The notes under the pieces were generated by a model, which saw only the letters and a list, made by a program, of their open reading frames with translations, was not told the origin of the DNA and searched no databases. The position numbers and the translations under genes were made by a program. A stretch of 64,000 nucleotides of DNA, taken from Macrostomum hystrix. Lineage: Eukaryota; Animalia; Platyhelminthes. How positions within the stretch are numbered: position 1 is the first letter of the stretch; each line of letters begins with the position of its first letter. The DNA lies in the NCBI GenBank assembly GCA_950097015.1, contig CATNEN010000038.1, forward strand, positions 30,442,001 through 30,506,000, written 5' to 3'. This document shows positions 47,560 to 58,541 of the stretch, one piece after another.

Positions 47560-48520
47560 CTTAAAGTTTTTATGGGCTCTCCCAGATCATAAAAATGGGG
47601 CTCTCCCAGATAATAAAAATGGGGCTCTTACAGATCATAATGATTGAGGCTCTTACAGATTATAAAATTTAGGGCTCTCCCAGATCATAAAAAGCGGGGC
47701 TCTCGAGGAGCAAAAAGTGGGGCTCTCACAGTTCATATAAAGTTGGGCTCTCACAGTTTTTTCTTAAAAAGTGGGGCTCTCACAGTTCATAAAAAGTGGG
47801 GCTCTTACAGTTCTTAAAAAGTGGGGCTCTCACAGTTCTTAAAAAGTGGGGCTCTTACAGTTCTTAAAAAGTGGGGCTCTCACAGTTCTTAAAAAGTGGG
47901 GCTCTCACAGTTCATAAAAAGTGGGGCTCTTACAGTTCTTAAAAAGTGGGGCTCTTACAGTTCTTAAAAAGTGGGGCTCTCACAGTTCTTAAAAAGTGGG
48001 GCTCTCACAGTTCATAAAAAGTGGGGCTCTCACAGTTTTTTCTTAAAAAGTGGGGCTCTCACAGTTCTTAAAAAGTGGGGCTTTCACAGTTCATAAAAAG
48101 TGGGGCTCTCACAGTTCATAAAAAGTGGGGCTCTTACAGTTCTTTAAAAGTGGGGCTCTTACAGTTCTTAAAAAGTGGGGCTCTCACAGTTCATAAAAAG
48201 TGGGGCTCTCACAGTTCATAAAAAGTGGGGCTCTTACAGTTCTTAAAAAGTGGGGCTCTTACAGTTCTTAAAAAGTGGGGCTCTCACAGTTCTTAAAAAG
48301 TGGGGCTCTCACAGTTCATAAAAAGTGGGGCTCTCACAGTTTTTTCTTAAAAAGTGGGGCTCTCACAGTTCATAAAAAGTGGGGCTCTCAGAGTTCTTAA
48401 AAAGTGGGGCTCTCACAGTTCATAAAAAGTGGGGCTCTCACAGTTCATAAAAAGTGGGGCTCTCTTGAATCAAAATTAATTAATATGGCTCTTTCAGATC
48501 GTAAAATTCAGGCTCCCCAC
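47560..48520. repeat. 25-bp minisatellite (AAAAAGTGGGGCTCTCACAGTTCWT)n
   Basis: About 37 units; same GGGGCTCTC family as the PLPP intron array. Confidence 0.95.
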
Positions 48521-49104
48521 GTCGCCATATCGAAATTTTCTGGCCCTATTTAGGAACTATTAAATACTTTTTTGTTTTGTTTTGCCTTTCTGCGAAAAAA
48601 GTGTTAAATACTTGCCACACACGCCTTTTAGTAATAACGTTTCTTACACTCGTATTGATAGAACAATTAGTTAAGTTTTCAAGCTGCATTCCGTATAGCG
48701 TGTCTAGCTTCCTTATATTTGGCACGACTATTCGAAGCATTACTTATTTCGAAATTTCTTGCTTTTTTGCGCGCTTTTAAAAGGGCACCAGTATTTCTGT
48801 TATCAGTTTTTTTGTTAATAAAACAAGCAATACGTAATGGTTGCAATAAAGTGGTTTTTCATAAATATAATTTTCAAATACAACCTTCAGTGATTTTTGC
48901 TTTTTTTCGGTAAGATCTGTTAAATTAGAAGTATAACAAGCCAAACTATTTGAGTTAATTCATGAATTGTTTAACATCTTTTTGTTAAAGTCTAATAATT
49001 ATAATATTTATGTGATGATGGATTGAAATTTTCGTGTTTTCTATTCGTTTTTTCCTTTACCATTATTTGACATTAATGTAAATCAGTTTTAAATGATATT
49101 CGTA

Positions 49105-50595
49105 GGGTGTCTAGTAGCTTTTACTTGGTGCATAGACGTTTTTGGGTGTCTAGTAGCTTGTTCTGGGTGCCTAGTAGCTTTTTATGGGTGTCTAGTAGCT
49201 CGTTCTGGGTGACTAGTAGCTTTTTCTGGGTGTCTAGTAGCTCGTTCTGGGTGTCTAGTAGCTTTTTCTGGGTGCCTAGTAGCTTTTTATGGGTGTCTAG
49301 TAGCTTGTTCTGGGTGTCTAGTAGCTTGTTCTGGGTGTCTAGTAGCTTGTTCGAAGTGTCTAGTAGCTTTTTCTGGGTGTCTAGTAGCTCGTTGTGGGTG
49401 GCAGTTAGCTTTTTCTGGGTGTCTAGTAGCTTTTTCTGGGTGTCTAGTAGCTTTTTCTGGGTGCCTAGTAGCTTTTTATGGGTGTCTAGTAGCTTGTTCT
49501 GGGTGTCTAGTAGCTTGTTCTGGGTGTCTAGTAGCTTGTTCTGGGTGTCTAGTATCTTTTTATGGGTGTCTAGTAGCTTTTTCTGTGTGCCTAGTAGCTT
49601 TTTATGGGTGACTAGTAGCTCGTTCTGGGTGTCTAGTAGCTTTTTCTGGGTGTCTAGTAGCTCGTTCTGGGTGTCTAGTAGCTTTTTCTGGGTGTCTAGT
49701 AGCTTTTTCTGGGTGCCTAGTAGCTTTTTCTGGGTGCCTAGCAGCTTTTTATGGGTGTCTAGTAGCTTTTTCTGGGTGTCTAGTAGCTTGTTCTGGGTGT
49801 CTAGTAGCTTTTTCTGGGTGTCTAGTAGCTTGTTCTGGGTGTCTAGTAGCTTGTTCTGGGTGTCTAGTAGCTTTTTCTGGGTGCCTAGTAGCTTTTTATG
49901 GGTGTCTAGTAGCTTTTTCTGTGTGCCTAGTAGCTTTTTATGGGTGTCTAGTAGCTTGTTCTGGGTGTCTAGTAGCTTGTTATGGGTGTCTAGTAGCTTT
50001 TTCTGGGTGTCTAGTAGCTCGTTCTGGGTGGCAGTTAGCTTTTTCTGGGTGTCTAGTAGCTTTTTCTGGGTGTCTAGTAGCTTTTTCTGGGTGTCTAGTA
50101 GCTCGTTCTGGGTGTCTAGTAGCTTGTTCTGGGTGTCTAGTAGCTTGTTCTGGGTGTCTAGTAGCTTGTTCTAAGTGTCTAGTAGCTTTTCTGGGTGTCT
50201 AGTAGCTCGTTCTGGGTTGCAGTTAGCTTTTTCTGGGTGTCTAGTAGCTTTTTCTGTGTGCCTAGTAGCTTTTTATGGGTGTCTAGTAGCTTGTTCTGGG
50301 TGTCTAGTAGCTTGTTCTGGGTGCCTATTAGCTTTTTCTGGGTGTCTAGTAGCTTTTTCTGAGTGTCTAGTAGCTCGTTCTAAGTGTCTAGTAGCTTGTT
50401 CTGGTTGCCTAGTAGCTTTTTCTGGGTGTCTAGTAGCTTGTTCTGGGTGTCTTGTAGCTGGTTCTGGGTGTCCAGTAGCATGTTCTGGGTGTCCAGTAGC
50501 ATGTTCTGGGTGTCTAGTAGCTGGTTCTGGGTGTCCAGTAGCATGTTCTGGGTGTCCAGTAGCATGTTCTGGGTGTCCAGTAGCTTCTTCTGGTG
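49105..50595. repeat. 21-bp minisatellite (TTCTGGGTGTCTAGTAGCTTK)n, copy 1
   Basis: About 70 units; source of the FWVSSSF ORFs. Confidence 0.98.
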
Positions 50596-50920
50596 TACAT
50601 TTGTCCGATCGTTGTGTTCCTATTGTCCTTTTGTGGTATCAATTAGTCTGTTCATTGGTGTCTAGTAGGCTTTTCTAGTACTCGTCCCTTAACCTAGCTA
50701 TTCTACAATAGCAAGTATATAGTGGCCGTTAACAATTAAATTGAAGCATGTATTAAATATTAAATAAAAAAACTGAATTTTCCTATTTGTTTCAGGCGCC
50801 GAATCGAAACAGTTAAGAACCGTCAAGGACTATATGCTTGATTATTAACTAGTTAAATTACTTGTTGGTTCTAGTTTTTATCGTCAATTATTTTAAATGC
50901 GCCAGCAGCTACCGTTTGAT

Positions 50921-52677
50921 ATGGCCACACTGCTGCAGCTGTGCCAGTCTACTCATCTGATTGGAGAGATTGGCATTCGATTAGCACTGGGAATTTGCTT
51001 GTTGTAGGTTACTTTTACTTGAAGAATTACGTTCGTAATTTGTTACGTAAATGTGTGAAATTTGTTGAATCGCTACATACCAGGCAGTGCTAGAGGAACA
51101 GAAGGAGAGGGATAGAGTTGAGAGGAAGAAGTGCAAAGTGAGAGGGAGAATAGTAGATTGAGAAGTAGAGGGGTCCAGCGAGAAGTAAGTGGTAGAGGAA
51201 GATGGGTAGAGTGAAAGGAAAAGTGGTGAGAGTGGTGAGTGGTCATAAAATTTTGGACTCTCCCAGATAATAAAACTTGGGGCTCTCTCAGATCATAAAT
51301 TTTGGGGCTCTCCCTGATCATAAAATTTGGGGCTCTCCCTGATCATAAAATTTGGGGCTCTCCCTGATCATAAAATTTGGGGCTCTCCCTGATCATAAAA
51401 TTTGGGGCTCTCCCTGATCATAAAATTTGGGGCTCTCCCTGATCATAAAATTTGGGGCTCTCCCTGATCATAAAATTTGGGGCTCTCCGAGATTATAAAA
51501 TTTGGGGCTCTCTCAGATCATAAATTTTGGGGCTCTCCCTGATCATAAAATTTGGGGCTCTCCCTGATCATAAAATTTGGGGCTCTCCCTGATCATAAAA
51601 TTTGGGGCTCTCCGAGATTATAAAATTTGGGGCTCTCCCTGATCATAAAATTTGGGGCTCTCCCTGATCATAAAATTTGGGGCTCTCCGAGATCATAAAA
51701 TTTTGGGCTCTCCCGGATCATAAATGTATGGCTCTCCCGGATCAAACAACTTAAGGCTCTCCCAGATCCTTAGTTAGAGTAGATAGAGTCAGTTTAGTAT
51801 CGCATCGCAACATTGCAGCATCACGGAGCACATGCACCCGCGCTATCGAGACATTCACCCGGAGGAATGGTGGCTGTATAAGAACCATCCAAGCGACTCC
51901 TATGTACCTGGCTGGCTATTGTGGCTGTCAATTCTATTCATCATTCCGCTAGGTCTCTACTGTTTGACAGCTCTCTGGCCAATCGCACCGCTGCCTAGCG
52001 TTAACGAGCCAGCCAATCGGCAGTCGCCTAGTCCGGCACTGACCTGCCAGCTTGCCTATTGGCTAACTATACTATTAGCTGGCAATTTGACTAACGTTAT
52101 TAAATTGATTGTTGGCCGACCGAGGCCGGATTATTTCTATCGCTGCTATCCGGACGATCACGAGCATGAGCAGCAGCAGCAGCTGTTAGCCACGCCTTGT
52201 TTTGGTGAACCGGATGCCATTATTGAGGGTAGGAAATCGTTCCCATCGGGTCATTCCGCATTCTCATTCGCCAGTCTTGGCCTGGTGTCGCTTCTATTGT
52301 GGCGAAAATTTGGCGTCTGGCGTTTCTCAGCTCCGTCTGTAGCCGCATGGCAACTGTTGCTAGGCAGCCTGCCACTATTCTTAGCCATGTGCGTAGCCCT
52401 CAGCCGGTTAGTAGATTATCACCATCATTGCGAAGACGTTGCTGTTGGCTCATTTTTGGGATTTTGTGTCGCCTATTCTTGTTATCGATTGTACTATCCG
52501 GCATTGAGTCAATCGGATTGTTCCGACTCCATTGGCTCTGTCGGCCTACAGAAGTCGCCGTCAGCAATGCTAGCTATGAAAGTTTTTGGCCTAGCTTCTG
52601 CTTCTAGTAGTGGCAATGTTGCAGCTATGCAGTCGGCTAGCAATGAGGGCAGCTTGTTTCAAGTGCGATCCATGTGA
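50921..52677 (+). CDS. PLPP4/5: PAP2 phospholipid phosphatase (PLPP4/5, PPAPDC1-like), copy 1; exons 50921-51003 and 51819-52677; 313 aa
   Basis: Exon 1 EIGIRLAL splices (TT|gtaggt...gcag|C) to FITEHMHP..IHPEEWWLYKN. Catalytic C1 KLIVGRPRP, C2 SFPSGH and C3 SRLVDYHHHCED are intact. Confidence 0.92.
51243..51770. repeat. 25-bp minisatellite (GGGGCTCTCCCTGATCATAAAATTT)n, PLPP intron
   Basis: About 21 units; copy 2 (~61846-62348) is one unit shorter. Confidence 0.95.
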
Positions 52678-54013
52678 TTGGAACCTTGGATTCGGTAGGT
52701 AAAAACTATAAAATTACATTGGCAAACAGGTAGAAACCAGCGGTGTAAACCTTGTGTTTAGTAGACACATATAACAAGTGTATAGACAGGTCAAACACAA
52801 TGTTAATTATCTGCATAGAGTCAGATAGAGCATATAATAGTTATCCAAGCATTACGCACCGCTCGCTGTGTTATTAAATCATTTTCTATTTGTTATTTTG
52901 TGTTTCCTTTTAATTCATCGAACATATCTTATTTAATTTAAAGACTATGTTTTATCCCATTTACTTTTTAGTTTATTTAATACCTATTAGTATATTTTCG
53001 TTTTTATTTACTTTGCATTATAGGTGTTATCTAGTGAGTTTTCTGACACATTCGTTATTTTAAGCTTTCGGTTTTATTTGATTGAAGGATGGTGATATTC
53101 TTGTTTTTATTGAGCTTCTGACATTCGTTAAAATTCTTAGGTCTTATTTTCATATATAAGTATAATATATTATTTGTCCATACGAGTAAGTTCATGTACT
53201 ACTACTGTAAGTAGCAAACTATTATCATCATTTTTAGAGGCTCGTTGTTTAAATCACATAAAAATCTCTTCTCTCGTGATTGAAAGCTGCTAAATTTTAC
53301 TTGCGTTTTTTCTCTGTGTAGTCAGAGCTGTGTGTTATATATTTTACTAGATGTTTAAACATTTTTCTAACTATACAATCTACTCAATTGGGTGTTTATA
53401 ATTTTATAGTTGAGTTGTCATTTATTGGTTTTGGCGGCTTCTCAGTCCGTGGACTCAGTTGTTGTCCATCTTTAGGAAAATATTTATTCTTTCACTGCCG
53501 TCCTTTTTGCATTGCTTTGTATGGAATATATTTATATTTTGTTGATACGCTATGCAATAATGTGCTTACTTCTTTGTTAGAAATTTCACTATAAACTTTT
53601 TAGCGTTTCTGTTTTAACTTCAACGCAAGCGCTTTACAGACAGAAAATAAACTATATTTGGTGGCGTAAAAATAGCTTTTTTGACATTATTTTACTTAAT
53701 TTGTTTTTTTTTCATAAACTTTTCTCCATAGATTATCTTTAGGTGTTTTTAAGTAGTGTCGAGATCAATGTATAAGCAGATAAATAATTATAAAACCTGC
53801 TTAGTTAACTTTTTGTATTTTAAAATTAAATATTACTGTTAGTAGGATAGATTTATCAAATCTGGTACATATTTAGCTATATGTTTTAAAACGAAATCTA
53901 GATTCATGTTTCAGAAAGCTCATTAAGAACAAAAAAAATTGTTTATCTCAAAACAGTCTTTATCAAAAAATATGTTACAGTCTTATCAAATTCACAAAGC
54001 TCAGTTTTTTATT

Positions 54014-56983
54014 TCACGGAAAATCCGTGACGATTCGAACATTGGTTTGCAGTTGAACTCGCTGTAGTGTGACTGTTCCAATACTGGTTCTGCGCGACTC
54101 TTGCTGCTGCTGCTGCTGCTTTTCGGCATCTTTGGCATCGACAACTGAGCGCAAGAAGTCTGTGTACGGCAGCAGGAATGCGCCCTCTCCTCCAGTGTTC
54201 AATTTGAGCACCCGGTCGATGAAGGTCTCAAATTCTTGATAAAGTCTAATTAGTTCTTCCTCGGCTGCGGCTCGCTTCTGTCTTGTATCGGCGTGAGCCA
54301 ATTCCGATGCTTCAATTTCGGCTAGTAGTTCGGCCTCTCTAGCGTCGGCTTCTTTGCTTTGCTGGTCTAATTTGCGCCGCATTTCCTCTTGCAGATCCTG
54401 TTGTAAATCCAAAATCAATTGATTGTTCAAAGATGGATTGAAATTGCACATCAGTTAAGCTAGATACAGCAAGTGTCCACAGACGCAGCCATCCATTGTT
54501 CAGTCTGTAGACTGAAAGTCTGATACACCGATTCAAATTCCTACTCCAGCTCATGCTGGTACCCTATTAAAAGCTGGGTAAACTGAAACTGGGAATCAAG
54601 TGTCTTGCTCAACTTTTCAGTCATAAGTTTTAAGTTCTAACTACTGTGCTACCAACTTCCTTTTGTTAAAAAAGATACTTAACTCAGTTGGTCTAGACGC
54701 ACTGCCAGTGGCACAGCCGCAGCTATTGCTGACTGCGTACAACAATTCAGTCCATGGACTGGAGCGGTGGCCACACACACCCAAATTTCTACCCAGCTAC
54801 CGACTGCTCATCTGGGTTTAGTAAAGTACCAGGAGAGTTAAGCGCCCTGCTCAATAATGAATTGCTTCCCATCGACTGAAGTATGCTACCTTTTTGAAAG
54901 GAAGATCGTATATTCAGGGGTTTTGGTAATCAGCTTGATTTATTTGCCTTATATCCTGGTGCTTCCCTTAGTTTCCTATTCCAAATTAAAAAAATAAATC
55001 TAGAAAAATGCATTTGATCAATTTTTTCTGTGCCGGAGCTGCAGTTTTTATTGGATGTGGTACAGAACAGGGTCAAGCTGCGAAAAGAAATTCTCCATGT
55101 GTCAATTTTCTAAGCCTTCCAGGTCCATTTAACAGTCCTGGTTTTTTGCCAGCCGTTTCAGCTTGTTGAGGGGGCGTTTTTATTTTGTTTTATCTGTTAA
55201 TCTCAAAATACTCCAATGTGCTGCTAAAATTGTATTCTTCTCATAAATTTACTACGTCCTACTATATCGTCCTCTCGTGTGACTCAAAAGATTAGGATTT
55301 GCATGACGGGGCCCTATCGATGAGTTTAATTGATAAATATTTTCTGCATGTTTATTCTGATCAATCATTTCTAAATTACAGATGTGATACTGCCAAATGG
55401 AAAAAGTTTCAGTTAAAGGTGTTCCTTTTTAAAGTCGTAACGATTGCATTGAAGCGATCAACCAAAGCTCATAAGAACAATCTAGGATTTTGTACTACGA
55501 AAGTATCTTGTTCTTAGATACGAGTTCATATTGGTAAAGGGAAGATTGTCATCCAGAGGTTATGGCTAACGAAGATCCAGTCTTTGTTCAGGAGAAAATT
55601 TGGTGGCTAAAAGTACAACGTGTACAAATGTGTGCCACCCAGTTTTAAAATTGGTATCAGCACTAGTAGAAAGTAGTAAAATGGTAGCTGTATCACAGCC
55701 TCCCTAGTCTGTGGACTGAACATCTGAGCACAGCGTTCGGATGCGCCGCGCAATAGCTGGCTAGCTGTATATCTAGCCTAACTGGTCTAGGTCTCATTTC
55801 TGTCCGGTAGAAAATAATCCGCTTTGATCGACTTGCTCATTTTAGCTGCTGGTACAGAGGCTGTACAAAAATGCACTTGCTTTGTACTATTCCTTACCTC
55901 ACGAATGCGCCTCTCTTCGTCTCGAGCTTTGAGCAGTTCTCGCACTAGCTCGGCATTCTTCTCAGCTTCGAGCTTCTCGAGGGCGGCCTCCCTGGCTCGC
56001 TTCTCCTCCGCTCTCAGCTCGATTATTTGTTTCTTATGCTGCTCTATTAGTCGCTGCTTCTCTCTGGCGGCAATGGCTCGCTCTTGATCGCGCGCCTCAT
56101 TAACCTGTCGTTCAGCCTCCGCCGTCCACCAGGCGTTTAGTTCGTCTTCCTTCTCTTTTAGTCGTCGTTTGCCGTCTTCGCGCTCCTTTTCAACAGCCTC
56201 GATGAGATCTTTTCGCATGGCTGTCTCAGTTTCTAGGATCTTCTCTTGCACCACGCGCTCGTGCTCTTGGCGCAGTCTGGCCATTTTAAAATCGTGCTGC
56301 ATTGCCAGCTGTTTCTCTAAGTCGGCCAAGCGTTTCTCTGCGGCGCGTTGCATTTCTTGACGAACGCGTGACTCCCGCTCTTTGACCGCCTGATCCTGCT
56401 GAGATCGAGCCTCCTCAGAGAGACGATGATGCACGTCGTGACCAACCTCTGATGGTTGAAAGGAAGGACAGGTTGTGTCATCAGTTTGAGAACCAAATTG
56501 GCTTAGGCTGCAACTGTTTGAACTGAAGCATAAGCCGCCCCTGTTGGGAGGCATTTCTGTCCATTCTACTGACCCAAGAGCACACATACACGTACATGGA
56601 TCCGAACACATGCACACTTTACTCCTAATTGTCAGGCAGTGTACACTCTTATCGTCATAAATTGCACTTGTTGCCAACAAGTCTTCTTAGCGGCCGTGCC
56701 ACAAATATTAGCAGTTTGTCTCTTCCTAATCCGTTTTTATTAGTTTGAGCATTGTCACCTGATACTCACTAAGAATCCGGTGATGCGTACAATCCTGCAC
56801 TACAAACTGTCGGGTCTCCTCGTAACGGCGAATTGGCGCCGCCATCGCGTCTCCTTGCAGTCCATTGTAGTCTATGCTGATTAGACTCGGCTTCGAGGAA
56901 GTTGACGCCAGCCTCTCGCTGGCTAGCTCTGGCAGACGAATCGCTGCCGGTGCGGAATAGATGCCAATTGTCTTGGTTGTCAT
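54014..56983 (-). CDS. C6orf163: C6orf163-like coiled-coil protein; exons 56983-56770, 56448-55898, 54397-54014; ~382 aa
   Basis: Splices A|gtgagt...cag|AG and GAG|gtaagg...acag|GAT keep frame (1149 nt). THHRILKVG and QEFETFID...FLLP resemble the conserved ends of C6orf163 as I recall them, flanking a long E/K/R coiled coil. Confidence 0.65.
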
Positions 56984-57759
56984 GCTGCAGTTTGTTATTG
57001 ACTATGTCGAATGCCGTTATTAAAACGGACCAATTTCGTCTACTTGATTTTAATGGTCTCTTTTACCTTCTCTCTTTACAGGGCTTTGTTTTCATCGGTT
57101 GTCTACTTTAATCTCGTAGCTCTGGCCCCTTCTAGCTCTCTCTCTCTCTGGTTGTCAAGCGAGAGCAGAAGCCAGGCTCGCGTATTTTTTTGTTAAAAAA
57201 TGTAATTTTACCTAAACAGCCTGTACAGAGTGAAGCGCTGCCTAATGCGTCGGGTGTAGGCCATTTTTTCAGTCCCTACGCAGCCTCTCTTTGCCTTCTG
57301 CATTTGGTTAGAAAATTTTTAGTTAATTTATAGACCAAAAAGGCAGACGGAAAACATTGTTAAGAAAGAAATGTACACACACACACATAACAATAGACCA
57401 TTGCCTATGCATAAAGCAAGTTAAGCATTAGCACTCCTTAACTTCTCTAACGAGTGTTGGACTCTTGTGAGTTAATGAAGACAGCTTTCTCTTTAGTTAA
57501 ATGAACTCCTTCAATACCTCCATTTTTAATTTCCTATCATGCTTTACATAGTTGGACAGAAGCTTTTTTGAGCTAAAAAATTTCCGTAGTTACTGCCCCT
57601 TGTTGCACTGTTCTTTTTTATTAAGTCTATGGCAAACATAAAATATCCAGAGAATATCTATGGTCTATGGTACTATAAGTTGGGGAAGCAGTCCAACGCG
57701 TTAGCATCTCGCACCAAGGTCCCTGAGCTCGGGTCCAATCGGGCCAAATGTGCAACCCA

Positions 57760-58003
57760 CAGCAGCTATTGTGGATGCATCTGAAGGCTGTGTAAAGCTG
57801 TTCTGTCCATGGACTGGGAGGGCGCCACACCTAACCCTCATTTACTCTAGCTAATACTGGTACATATTAGACACCTAAGTGAACCGAATTAAGGCAGATT
57901 TATCCTGTCTTGCTAAAGGACACAAATTGTTCTAGTCGGGTCGGGAATCGAACCTCCGACCTTCAAGTCGTGAGTCCGACGCTCTACCACTATGCTACAA
58001 CCC
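57760..58003 (-). mobile_element. tRNA-derived SINE
   Basis: Minus-strand head GTAGCATAGTGGTAGAGCGTCGGACTCACGACTTGAAGGTCGGAGGTTCGATTCCCG with A and B boxes, followed by TGTGTCCTTTAGCAAGACA. Related fragments near 20210-20270, 34280-34330, 42240, 45680-45730, 54490-54860 and 55690-55740. Confidence 0.75.
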
Positions 58004-58103
58004 ATTTTACTTGGTTTTTAACTTTTAATGACAACACCCAACAACCAACTATGAATTTTAATTATTTTTTTCAGCTAATAAAGTCACAGACCTGTTTATC
58101 ACA

Positions 58104-58541
58104 ATGGCCGCCCTATTTCGCCAGTTGTTTACACTGGCTGTATCGGATCGCTGCTACACCACAATGTTCCAATCGGGCCATCTATTGGATGCCACTTGCC
58201 TGAAACTAATAGTAACTAAGGGCCTCGGCTATGGCATTATTCTGGGCAGCGTCATTGTTAAACTGCCACAGATTATAAAAATCTTGACTAGCCGTTCTAG
58301 CCAAGGCTTATCATTCGCCGCTAATCTACTAGAATTAGTTGCCATTTCGGCTACGGCTTCCTACGGTTGGCGTCAGGGCTTTCCATTTAGCGCCTACGGT
58401 GAAGGCCTATTTTTGGCCTTTCAAACTAGCCTAATAGCATTCCTGACACTGTTTTACAGCGGTCAGATTGCCAAAGGCTGGGCCTTCCTCAGCATCTACG
58501 CCCTAATTATGGCATTCTTCATGTCGCCAAGCGCCAAGTAG
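58104..58541 (+). pseudogene. MPDU1: Mannose-P-dolichol utilization defect 1 (PQ-loop), 3'-truncated at the satellite/duplication junction
   Basis: CLKLIVTKGLGYGIILGSVIVKLPQIIKI..S.QGLS and GFPFSAYGE motifs. Only the first PQ loop is present; the stop codon comes from the 21-bp satellite; no remaining exons found in the window. Confidence 0.8.

Noticed and set aside
54880-55670. Decayed hAT transposase fragment in the C6orf163 intron
   Set aside because: Only faint, frameshifted resemblance (ILD...DRF) and no paired TIR or TSD; needs BLASTX.
57937-58003. Functional tRNA-Val gene
   Set aside because: Acceptor stem does not pair well, no terminator follows the head, and it runs into a SINE-like body found elsewhere in the window.
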